This document shows, one piece after another, positions 26,970-34,034 of a stretch of 36,060 nt of DNA. Within the stretch, counting starts at the first letter, position 1; each line of letters opens with the position of its first letter. This DNA is from a virus (Duplodnaviria > Caudoviricetes): IMG/VR virus record IMGVR_UViG_3300032277_000033, positions 1 to 36,060 of that record; one strand, 5' to 3'. A program made the position numbers and the translations under genes. The notes beneath the pieces are model-generated. The model was not told where the DNA came from. It saw nothing but the letters and a program-made list of their open reading frames with translations, and did not search any database.

Positions 26970-27220
26970 CTATGCACACTATGATAAACAAACAACTAGC
27001 CCCTTACACAGAGTTTCCACGTATTACACGTATTGAGGACTTGGAGCCACTAGAAACTACGCCTTCTACTGATTACCCTGAACTTATAGGACGGATAGAA
27101 GAGTATCCAGAGTGGTTAGACTGTGAAGAGAGCAGAGAAGAAAGAGTGGCTAATAACCTACAAGATACAATGAATTCTATCCATGAGTCATTAGTTTATA
27201 AACGTAAATACACTAAATAA
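26957..27220 (+). CDS. hypothetical protein
   Basis: ORF in operon; start uncertain. Confidence 0.55.
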   Translation: MEQITMHTMINKQLAPYTEFPRITRIEDLEPLETTPSTDYPELIGRIEEYPEWLDCEESREERVANNLQDTMNSIHESLVYKRKYTK

Positions 27221-27249
27221 CACCTATTAACTACTATGAGATAAAGACT

Positions 27250-27540
27250 ATGTTAACAAACTATAGAAAATACACAGACAAAGAGCTGTCAGACTTTATA
27301 AACGGGAAAACCAAGGCTGATGTACTAATAAACGGTGAATTAGTTGATACTACATATCCGCGTCTTGCTATGTATGAATTCCTAAACTTATCTACTCAAT
27401 GGGATTGCAAAGAGTTTATGGGTGGCTACATGACAAAAGATGACTATTTAAGAAACTACGAGCAAATGAAAGGAATTAAAATACAAGGGTTACTTCAAGT
27501 TGTTATTGATAACCACATTATTGATGAGTGCTCAATATGA
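27250..27540 (+). CDS. hypothetical protein
   Basis: ORF in operon. Confidence 0.65.
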   Translation: MLTNYRKYTDKELSDFINGKTKADVLINGELVDTTYPRLAMYEFLNLSTQWDCKEFMGGYMTKDDYLRNYEQMKGIKIQGLLQVVIDNHIIDECSI

Positions 27541-27719
27541 ACGAATTACATACAGAAGCACTTAACAGAATGCCAAACAATGAATGGGTTAGACTTTCCC
27601 AGTTCTCTAAAGGCCGCTCTGAGGTTGCGCGTGATCTACTGCATTACAACCTAATCGAAGTTAAAAACACTAATCCTGATAGCCTGAATAGATCAACCTG
27701 CTTATATAAAAAGCTATAA
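27537..27719 (+). CDS. small protein, possible winged helix
   Basis: ATGA overlap with the upstream stop; L...NLIEV....C.YK pattern. Confidence 0.55.
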   Translation: MNELHTEALNRMPNNEWVRLSQFSKGRSEVARDLLHYNLIEVKNTNPDSLNRSTCLYKKL

Positions 27720-27726
27720 CCAATAA

Positions 27727-27745
27727 AGCCCCTATAAACGGGGCT
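27727..27745. terminator. hairpin at the convergence of two operons (probably bidirectional terminator)
   Basis: AGCCCC-TATAAAC-GGGGCT flanked by A-rich and T-rich sequence. Confidence 0.65.
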
Positions 27746-27959
27746 ATTTCTTCAAACTATTTAACTTAATAATCATCCTATCAATACTATCCCGCTCTTT
27801 CATACATAAATAAACGCTATCAATAAATACCTGGTTATTAGTTAAGTGGTATTTGCCTTCTAATCTAGCAATCTCTAATGTAGCGTTTAATCTAGCACTA
27901 CCTAGTGCTTTCTTTATATCAATAATTAGTGATTCGTCTATCTGTAGGGATTCAGGCAT
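27744..27959 (-). CDS. hypothetical protein
   Basis: Last ORF of the leftward operon. Confidence 0.6.
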   Translation of the reverse strand: MPESLQIDESLIIDIKKALGSARLNATLEIARLEGKYHLTNNQVFIDSVYLCMKERDSIDRMIIKLNSLKK

Positions 27960-27961
27960 GA

Positions 27962-28318
27962 TCAGTTGTTCCTTATGTTATTAACATTACCACCAAATGC
28001 AAAATCAGTTAACAATTGACTAGTATCAATTACTTTTTTCTTATTCTTAGGTTTTGGCTTAACTGGCTCTGTTATTCTTACCTTAAAATCAGTTAATCTT
28101 TGGTAAACATGGCTAGATGTTCGCTCAATGAATCCAAACTCATGCTTATACGCCTTGACTATTTTAATTTCACCACGTTTAACCATTTCAGCAAATGCCT
28201 GGCCAACTGATTTATAATTACAGTTAATCTCTTTTGCTATGTCTCTTTGACTGTATCTATCCTCCAAGGATTTAGATAATATCTGTTTTCTTACCTTTTC
28301 ATTGATTGTTAACTTCAT
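27962..28318 (-). CDS. putative winged-HTH DNA-binding protein
   Basis: SQRDIAKEINCNYKSVGQAFAEMVKRGEI. Confidence 0.6.
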   Translation of the reverse strand: MKLTINEKVRKQILSKSLEDRYSQRDIAKEINCNYKSVGQAFAEMVKRGEIKIVKAYKHEFGFIERTSSHVYQRLTDFKVRITEPVKPKPKNKKKVIDTSQLLTDFAFGGNVNNIRNN

Positions 28319-28321
28319 ATA

Positions 28322-28582
28322 TTAGCCTTTTCTGTTATGTAGCCTTTCCTTTGCTTTCTCACACTGCAATTCGTAAGCTTGCCTTTGCTTGTCTGTCATT
28401 GCGTTTATCTTTTCCTGCTTCTGTACAGTACGTAAATTAGCGTTTAATGGCCTGTATTCAAACAAACTACACTCTATCATGGTGCAATTACTTGTTTGAT
28501 CACGCCAGGTGCCGGTATCTTTACTGTCATATATGCAAGATTTACAAAATTCATTAATGGCTTGTTGTCTTGTCAGTTTCAT
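28322..28582 (-). CDS. conserved Cys-rich phage protein
   Basis: AI..FCK.C.YD....GTW..Q...C....C.L..YRP. Confidence 0.7.
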   Translation of the reverse strand: MKLTRQQAINEFCKSCIYDSKDTGTWRDQTSNCTMIECSLFEYRPLNANLRTVQKQEKINAMTDKQRQAYELQCEKAKERLHNRKG

Positions 28583-28613
28583 AATTTAGCCTCTGAGCTT
28601 TCTAATATAGCGT

Positions 28614-29048
28614 TCATTTTAATAACTCAGGGTTTTCGTATATTAGTTTATGTTCTTCGTGATGACATTTATCACAAAGCCATTTTACATCTAGAGGTTT
28701 CGAGTAATCGTGGTGGTGCCCCTCTGTTTTTTCATTACCACAGCTTTCACACGGCAGTCTTTCTATTTTTCCATTTTTTACAGCATGATTTAAATCGCTT
28801 CTTGCTTTTACTCTAATGGCTTTTTCATGCTCTGGCATTCCTCCACCCATATAAGCATGCTGTTCTTCTTTTGGTAAAAATTCAGCTCTAAACTTTGAAT
28901 AACAATCTCTTGAGCAAAAGTGCCTTTTCTTTCTTGCATAACTAGACGGCTTATCTTCTGACTCTATACCGCAGTAATCGCAATTAAATTTAATTTTTCT
29001 ACTTAATGCTTTAGATATTTTATCTTTAGTTTCTTGAGAATGAACCAT
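28614..29048 (-). CDS. HNH-like homing endonuclease (NUMOD3-like motif, zinc ribbon, HNH-like domain)
   Basis: [13 protein letters not shown]; CDYCG...FCSRDC; CESCG...[19 protein letters not shown]. Confidence 0.8.
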   Translation of the reverse strand: MVHSQETKDKISKALSRKIKFNCDYCGIESEDKPSSYARKKRHFCSRDCYSKFRAEFLPKEEQHAYMGGGMPEHEKAIRVKARSDLNHAVKNGKIERLPCESCGNEKTEGHHHDYSKPLDVKWLCDKCHHEEHKLIYENPELLK

Positions 29049-29058
29049 ATTAACCCCC

Positions 29059-29099
29059 GTGTTTTTATATATTATACGAAAACACTAAGATTCAAGCAA
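29059..29099 (-). promoter_or_regulatory. sigma70 promoter of the HNH gene with an inverted repeat around -10
   Basis: TTGCTT (29094-29099)-17 nt-TATAAT (29071-29076); GTGTTTT/AAAACAC at 29059-29065 and 29079-29085. Confidence 0.7.
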
Positions 29100-29456
29100 G
29101 TGCTTATGCTCATATATGTTGCCGATTACTTTAAAATCATAATCATAAATATGAAAAAAATCATCACAACCCGAGTGCTTTACAGACCAAAAACCATCAT
29201 CATTCCATTCAACTATAAATTTATGCTTATCTGAAAAAACATCATCATCTTGAACAATATCCCCCTCATATATCTCTACCCCGTTCTTGTCCTTAAGTCC
29301 TGTAAACTCTCTAAGCGTTACTCTGTCACTCCCTAAGCAAGATGCTAGACTGTCACCTTTCTCAAGATAGCAATCAGCCCCGTTTCTGCATGGGTATGCT
29401 TCTTTATACATCACATTGTTTTTATTATCCCAAGCCATATAGCTATGATTTTTCAT
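29085..29456 (-). CDS. YopX-family protein
   Basis: AWD....MY; FTGLKDKNGVEIYEGDIV; VIGNIYE. Confidence 0.9.
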   Translation of the reverse strand: MKNHSYMAWDNKNNVMYKEAYPCRNGADCYLEKGDSLASCLGSDRVTLREFTGLKDKNGVEIYEGDIVQDDDVFSDKHKFIVEWNDDGFWSVKHSGCDDFFHIYDYDFKVIGNIYEHKHLLES

Positions 29457-29656
29457 CCTGCGCCCTCTATCAATGCCTTCTCTAAACTCTTAAATTCAAA
29501 CGACTTGCCATCATTAATCAACAGCCATATGTCATTTCTGTAAACTATCTCGACATCATCATTAAAAAACCTTAGCCTCCCTGCCTTATCATTCATAACA
29601 GCATAGTTAAGCGATAAAGCGGGAATTACATATTTTAGTGAGTTGTCATTGTTCAT
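29453..29656 (-). CDS. hypothetical protein
   Basis: 4-bp overlaps with both neighbours. Confidence 0.65.
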   Translation of the reverse strand: MNNDNSLKYVIPALSLNYAVMNDKAGRLRFFNDDVEIVYRNDIWLLINDGKSFEFKSLEKALIEGAG

Positions 29657-30024
29657 CTTGATGTATCACGCATATAGCTTATTTGCTTTTCTAATTGATC
29701 AACTTTTTCAATTAAGTCATTGTTTAGGTCTTTTATTAATGAATCTCTGTTTTCCATCAATATCCTATCTCTGATTACCTTTGATTCTGACTTATTTAGT
29801 GATCGATATCCGGCTATCTCTTGAATAATAGAATTTCTATAATTAAGCCAGGAGTCGGACTCAACCCACTTAGCTATATCTGTGTAACAATCAGATAGCT
29901 CCTGTTCTATAACATTTAAAGCGGCTTTTTTCATGCCTTCTCTTACATTATTAATTGCCGTTTGAGCTTGCTCTTTTCCTTCTTCTGTCAGTTCTGGGTA
30001 TAACCCGTTTCCTTTATCCATCAT
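29653..30024 (-). CDS. hypothetical coiled-coil protein
   Basis: ORF in operon. Confidence 0.7.
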   Translation of the reverse strand: MMDKGNGLYPELTEEGKEQAQTAINNVREGMKKAALNVIEQELSDCYTDIAKWVESDSWLNYRNSIIQEIAGYRSLNKSESKVIRDRILMENRDSLIKDLNNDLIEKVDQLEKQISYMRDTSR

Positions 30025-30219
30025 TTAATCCCCTTGTTCGGCTCTTAGTGCCTGCCTAGCCTCTATCATTTCTGTTTGTGCTATAACATAGTCTCTATTC
30101 ATTTCTTTTCGCTCGTCCTGCGTTCTTCCATGAGTGTTAAGCATGCCTAGCATCTTATAGCGCTCCTCTGCTTCAAATACTGCATCAGAAAGAGCTTTTA
30201 TTTTGTCTTTATTCATCAT
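30025..30219 (-). CDS. hypothetical protein
   Basis: ORF in operon. Confidence 0.65.
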   Translation of the reverse strand: MMNKDKIKALSDAVFEAEERYKMLGMLNTHGRTQDERKEMNRDYVIAQTEMIEARQALRAEQGD

Positions 30220-30545
30220 TTAATCCCCTTACTTTCATTATATTGGCTTTCTTTGCTAGGCCATTCTAAACTAATACCGAACTTCTCAGCCGTATGTTTG
30301 TTTATCACCTTATAAACCGCTTCAGGGTCAACCGTACTCATATCCTCAGTCGATTCTTTGCCTGTCATAGCCTCTAATACTGGCTTATATAGGTGATCCT
30401 TAACGCTCTGTTTAGTCCACGGTATATCTATGCCAGGCTTTAGCACCTTAACCATATCAAGGCCAGCATCATTCAAAGCATTGGCTAGATGCTCAAAATA
30501 TAAGTGCATAGCGCCCCTTTGGGCTGGTGTGAGTTTATCGGGCAT
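30216..30545 (-). CDS. NinB-like recombination protein
   Basis: T..Q..A.HLYF..LA..LNDAG, PWT...VK..L..P......GK.ST pattern. Confidence 0.65.
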   Translation of the reverse strand: MPDKLTPAQRGAMHLYFEHLANALNDAGLDMVKVLKPGIDIPWTKQSVKDHLYKPVLEAMTGKESTEDMSTVDPEAVYKVINKHTAEKFGISLEWPSKESQYNESKGIK

Positions 30546-30796
30546 TATCCTTTTATCTCTTTGCCTTCATAGTCTACAAATACCTGTTTAGGCAATGACA
30601 AATTACATAATTGCCGTAAATGAGCCGCACCTTTATCAGTTGTATAATAAATTTTATCACCTGGCCCTCTTTGAATTATCAACGCGGACGCTAGGAAACG
30701 CTCAATAGTTTCCTGAATAGCATTAGATTCAATCCTTTCATGCACTCTAGGTGATACATGGCAGTGTATTAAAAACTCTATATCGTTAGGGGTCAT
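30545..30796 (-). CDS. small winged-helix-like protein
   Basis: LI.......Y.TTDKG.A pattern. Confidence 0.6.
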   Translation of the reverse strand: MTPNDIEFLIHCHVSPRVHERIESNAIQETIERFLASALIIQRGPGDKIYYTTDKGAAHLRQLCNLSLPKQVFVDYEGKEIKG

Positions 30797-30818
30797 AATC
30801 TATTTACCTTTATTAATC

Positions 30819-30992
30819 CTACATTCTTAAAATATCTAATAGAGTTATATTAGAAACTGAGCTTATATCTACGCCTCTATTTTTTAGCTTTTGCTCGTAA
30901 TAACTAATTTTAAAGCTATCTATCATGCCTTTACGCAATACAAGCAAAGAAAAGAAAAGTGCTATTATTGATAGTGTAAATATTAAATCCAT
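30819..30992 (-). CDS. 57-aa protein with N-terminal TM segment (not in ORF track)
   Basis: MDLIFTLSIIALFFSLLVLRKGMIDSFKISYYEQKLKNRGVDISSVSNITLLDILRM*; RBS AGGAGG. Confidence 0.7.
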   Translation of the reverse strand: MDLIFTLSIIALFFSLLVLRKGMIDSFKISYYEQKLKNRGVDISSVSNITLLDILRM

Positions 30993-31021
30993 TGTTTCCT
31001 CCTGATTAATCTATAAGACGT

Positions 31022-31085
31022 ATTTTATTAAATATAACTAGATAAAGATAATTCAAAGAATTGATAGGGTATTAATAGAATTTAT
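31022..31085 (-). promoter_or_regulatory. promoter B: tandem T-N11-A boxes plus -10
   Basis: ATAAATTCTATTAAT-accct-ATCAATTCTTTGAAT-23 nt-TAAAAT. Confidence 0.6.
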
Positions 31086-31089
31086 AACG

Positions 31090-31128
31090 AAAAAAGCCAC
31101 TAAACGGAATTACCCTGAGAAGTGGCTT
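31090..31128 (-). terminator. probable intrinsic terminator after the replication-protein gene
   Basis: AAGCCACT/AGTGGCTT stem, 19-nt loop, U tract on the minus strand. Confidence 0.55.
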
Positions 31129-31174
31129 AACAGATACCTGGAAAGTATTTCTGTTGAGTGGTGAGTATATCACT

Positions 31175-31672
31175 TTACTTAAATTCGTCCATTGGTTTAA
31201 TAGGTGGATGCAAGCTGTTAAACATGGTTTTCATATATTGTTTTCTGAGCCTTAACGAATGACATCTATCACTTTCACCCTCTTTTTGCATCATGCCTGA
31301 GTCTTTATAGTGTTTTCTTAATAATTTCAATACCGGCGTTTCAGGTGGTGGGAGGTGATCTATACAAAATGGATAAGCTTGACCGTGAACCTCTGCTGTG
31401 CAGCCTTCTTTCTTACATTCTGGTAGCTTTACCCGCTCTTTTGGCTTACCTTCTGCGTCTGGCTTCTCGTTATTCCAGTGCTGACCGTTTAAATAGGTTG
31501 CAGGGTGAGGTATAAACTGCCTCTCTGTGTTGATATAACGGGTCTTTATATCTTCCCCTATTAATGCCCTGTCTTTCTTGTTTAACTTGGCATACGCACG
31601 ACTAGCGGCTGGTTTAGCGTCCTTTCTAGGCCATGCGGCCCAGAAATCGTTAAATTCATCTGTGTATATCAT
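31175..31672 (-). CDS. replication-initiator/replisome-organiser-like C-terminal domain plus a Cys/His motif
   Basis: F..FW..WPRK..K..A..AY.KL...FIPHPATYLNG..W; C....C...H.....C..H. Confidence 0.7.
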   Translation of the reverse strand: MIYTDEFNDFWAAWPRKDAKPAASRAYAKLNKKDRALIGEDIKTRYINTERQFIPHPATYLNGQHWNNEKPDAEGKPKERVKLPECKKEGCTAEVHGQAYPFCIDHLPPPETPVLKLLRKHYKDSGMMQKEGESDRCHSLRLRKQYMKTMFNSLHPPIKPMDEFK

Positions 31673-31887
31673 GGCTTAACCTCTGGTGGTTCAGGTAGTG
31701 GCATCCAGTGAGTAACAGCTTCAGTTATGTAAAGCTTGCTCCCTGTATCAACTATCCAAACACCTAGATCAAGATAGGCTCTCAAACAATGTCCTTTTGA
31801 GCCTGTTATAAGGACTATCTCACTTATGCCTTTGTTGTTAGTTATCTTATTTGGCAGTCTATCTTTAACACTTATCCATTCACTCAT
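31669..31887 (-). CDS. DUF551-family protein
   Basis: WISVKDRLP...VTHWMPLPEPP. Confidence 0.9.
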   Translation of the reverse strand: MSEWISVKDRLPNKITNNKGISEIVLITGSKGHCLRAYLDLGVWIVDTGSKLYITEAVTHWMPLPEPPEVKP

Positions 31888-31888
31888 A

Positions 31889-31981
31889 TCACCTCCAAAA
31901 CACTCTATAAAGTTCTACAACCTCATATACAGCTAAACATATAAGGGCTATAGCTATGAACCAGGCTATTAATGTTTTCAT
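31889..31981 (-). CDS. 30-aa hydrophobic micro-protein (not in ORF track)
   Basis: MKTLIAWFIAIALICLAVYEVVELYRVFWR*; RBS GGAGG; ATGA overlap. Confidence 0.6.
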   Translation of the reverse strand: MKTLIAWFIAIALICLAVYEVVELYRVFWR

Positions 31982-32115
31982 TCTTCCTCCCTGTAGCTGT
32001 CTCGCTCTTCTGCTATTGCGTCCTGTTCTGCCTCATAATCTTCTTCTGTTTGTTCTTCATCAGGCACATCAGAATCACGGTTAATGCTGTTATAATCCAT
32101 TCTTATATAGTTCAT
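31978..32115 (-). CDS. 45-aa very acidic protein (not in ORF track)
   Basis: MNYIRMDYNSINRDSDVPDEEQTEEDYEAEQDAIAEERDSYREEE*; ATGA overlaps on both sides. Confidence 0.7.
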   Translation of the reverse strand: MNYIRMDYNSINRDSDVPDEEQTEEDYEAEQDAIAEERDSYREEE

Positions 32116-32330
32116 TTAATCACCCATTCATTCTTGTTGATATGGTTAGATTCATACTGCCTAGCCATTCTTAAAAAGCCTACATTATCCCTAAACTGAA
32201 ATACGACACCTGTACCATCTATAGCTTTCATATAGACCTCAGCATCATATTCCCTACCCTTAGTAATATCCATTCCATCTGATTTAGGGGTTACGGTTAT
32301 TCTTTGTCCTATTTCCATAGATTGCTCCAA
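32112..32330 (-). CDS. small beta-barrel-like hypothetical protein (start may be the second Met)
   Basis: ITKGREY...F...DN.G pattern; GGAG RBS before the second ATG. Confidence 0.65.
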   Translation of the reverse strand: MEQSMEIGQRITVTPKSDGMDITKGREYDAEVYMKAIDGTGVVFQFRDNVGFLRMARQYESNHINKNEWVIK

Positions 32331-32343
32331 TTAACTTGTATTA

Positions 32344-32407
32344 ATGATAATGAAGTTAATAAGATTTATCTAATGAGTAATTTTTATAGGCTATAAGGAG
32401 AATTGAT
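32344..32407 (-). promoter_or_regulatory. promoter C: tandem T-N11-A boxes plus -10
   Basis: ATCAATTCTCCTTAT-agcct-ATAAAAATTACTCAT-23 nt-TATCAT. Confidence 0.6.
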
Positions 32408-32411
32408 AGGT

Positions 32412-32443
32412 AAAAAAAAGCCCTAACATTTCTGAAAGGGCTT
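32412..32443 (-). terminator. intrinsic terminator of the tRNA transcript
   Basis: AAGCCCT-TTCAGAAATGTT-AGGGCTT running into a U8 tract. Confidence 0.8.
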
Positions 32444-32451
32444 AGTTGAAT

Positions 32452-32528
32452 TGGTCAGGGTGGAGGGACTTGAACCCTCGATCTCTCGGTTCCAAACCAA
32501 GTGACTTACCAAACTAGCCTACACCCTG
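32452..32528 (-). tRNA. tRNA-Pro (anticodon UGG)
   Basis: CAGGGTG TA GGCT AGTTTGGTA AGTC A CTTGG TTTGGAA CCGAG AGATC GAGGG TTCAAGT CCCTC CACCCTG ACCA. Confidence 0.95.
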
Positions 32529-32533
32529 TTAAA

Positions 32534-32610
32534 TGGTACTCAGGGAGAGACTCGAACTCTCAAAAACTAGATTCTAAATCTAGCGCGTATGCCAATTCCG
32601 CCACCTGAGC
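32534..32610 (-). tRNA. tRNA-Leu (anticodon UAG) with a short variable loop
   Basis: GCTCAGG TG GCG GAATTGGCATA CGC G CTAGA TTTAGAA TCTAG TTTTT GAGAG TTCGAGT CTCTC CCTGAGT ACCA. Confidence 0.92.
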
Positions 32611-32665
32611 AAAAGCTAGGGAGTTCCGGTCGTTTTGATTGTTTGTTGATTAAGTTCATGGCGTG

Positions 32666-32693
32666 ATTCTACATTATTAAAAAAGTTATGCAA
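32666..32693 (-). promoter_or_regulatory. sigma70-type promoter for the tRNA pair
   Basis: TTGCAT-16 nt-TAGAAT with an upstream T-rich tract. Confidence 0.6.
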
Positions 32694-32694
32694 T

Positions 32695-32727
32695 AAAAAA
32701 GGATTGAACATTTCTGAACAATCCTTT
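32695..32727 (-). terminator. intrinsic terminator upstream of the tRNA promoter
   Basis: AAAGGATTG-TTCAGAAATGTT-CAATCCTTT running into a U6 tract. Confidence 0.7.
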
Positions 32728-32876
32728 AATATTTACTAATCTGTAACGCATTGCGAGTGCTTGCAGGAATAAGTGATCAGTGGCACGTCTTCTTGCTTCA
32801 ACAGATTTTCCCACATTTTACCCCACTAATTCCTCAAATGCCAATGCGTTATTTAATTAACCTTTGGAATATTACT

Positions 32877-33140
32877 GTGGAACAAATATTTAAATACAGT
32901 TTAGACGTTAACGACTATCAAACAATAAGATTGCCAGAAAAGCATGAAATATTGTCTGTTCAAACACAAAATAATAGACCGTTCATGTGGATAAAGGTTG
33001 ATGCAAGCAGTAATGACTGTGAAGTATTAATAATAACTCATGGAACAGGTCACACGGTCGATGAAAAGGCAAAGAAATTTATTGGAACCTATCAATTAGA
33101 CGATGGATTTTTAGTTTTTCACGTATTTCAAGGCGATTAA
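32877..33140 (+). CDS. conserved phage protein (DUF7352-like); likely start GTG 32877
   Basis: IFKY.L......I.LP....ILSVQ.Q......W..VD...GTGH....FIGTYQ...G.LVFHVF. Confidence 0.75.
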   Translation: MEQIFKYSLDVNDYQTIRLPEKHEILSVQTQNNRPFMWIKVDASSNDCEVLIITHGTGHTVDEKAKKFIGTYQLDDGFLVFHVFQGD

Positions 33141-33444
33141 TAACCCGTGATAACTGGCACGGGGATAACAACAGCACCAGTATAAAAATGCGTGAATAGA
33201 AAACAAAAGTAGTGGACGAAAATTATATATAACCGTTTGAGACCGACGGTAAAACCATTTTAGTGGATACGTAGGTGAGTTTGACTAGCTATCAGGATGA
33301 TATTAGTTGTGGACAATAATATATATAGTTTAGGTTATGGATGATTAAGCTTTAACTGACTAAGAAGATGAACTGTAGGAATCCCTGATTATTATATAGG
33401 TATCCCTTAAGGTCTATGTGCTGAGTATTGTCTGAATATTAGAG

Positions 33445-33507
33445 ATAAGCTCACTTAATAGGTCATAAAGACAAGTGATTAGACAGGTGTATTGATAGGT
33501 TTAGAAT
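33445..33507 (+). promoter_or_regulatory. promoter D: tandem T-N11-A boxes plus -10
   Basis: ATAAGCTCACTTAAT-aggtc-ATAAAGACAAGTGAT-22 nt-TAGAAT. Confidence 0.6.
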
Positions 33508-33535
33508 AGTGGTTAATCAATAAAGGAATACAGAA

Positions 33536-33997
33536 ATGATAAAAACAACATTAGTAATATTAACTTTAATTAGTACACCAGTATTAGCAGATAAGCCTTA
33601 TTTTGATATGGGTAGTCCAGGCATCATTGCTAGAGCTGGATGGAATCCTTCAAATCATGTTGAAACTGCTGGAATTGTTATTGAGGCAGAGTCTATTATT
33701 TGTGATAAATATAAGATTTGTTACAACCCATATGTTGCTTATATTAGTGATGTGCCAGCAATAGGACTGGATGTTGTTTATAAGCCACTAAAGAATAACA
33801 CGGGAGGGATTCGGTTATCTGCCGGTATGTCAGCGTTTGATGAGCCTTTAAACGGTATTGATAAAACAGTTCCACATGTTGGTGTTAGCTACCAAATATA
33901 TATTGGAAAGAATCATGCTTTTATGATTAGCGCTGATGCCTTTTTGTTTGATGATACCGTGGCTCAAATGTACGGCTTAGGTGTTCATTTTAGATAG
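33536..33997 (+). CDS. secreted protein, probable small outer-membrane beta-barrel
   Basis: Signal peptide ending VLA-D; alternating beta strands; C-terminal YGLGVHFR resembling a beta-signal. Confidence 0.6.
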   Translation: MIKTTLVILTLISTPVLADKPYFDMGSPGIIARAGWNPSNHVETAGIVIEAESIICDKYKICYNPYVAYISDVPAIGLDVVYKPLKNNTGGIRLSAGMSAFDEPLNGIDKTVPHVGVSYQIYIGKNHAFMISADAFLFDDTVAQMYGLGVHFR

Positions 33998-34034
33998 GTT
34001 TAGAATGTAATCTAACAATAGAGAGGAATAGAGA

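Noticed and set aside
32452-32610. tRNAs as a prophage attachment site
   Set aside because: Phage genes lie on both sides, with no duplicated tRNA 3' end, no integrase and no host genes in the window.
32760-32830. Cobalamin riboswitch (GGGAA and GCCACTG on the minus strand)
   Set aside because: The remaining conserved core is missing and the order and spacing do not fit.
32744-32851. Integron attC site (TAAC...GTTA ends)
   Set aside because: The ends do not match RYYYAAC/GTTRRRY, there is no unpaired R-L spacer, and no integron integrase is present.
32751-32876. N-terminal extension of the DUF7352-like ORF
   Set aside because: The family pattern begins at (M)EQIFKY; the extension overlaps the long hairpin.
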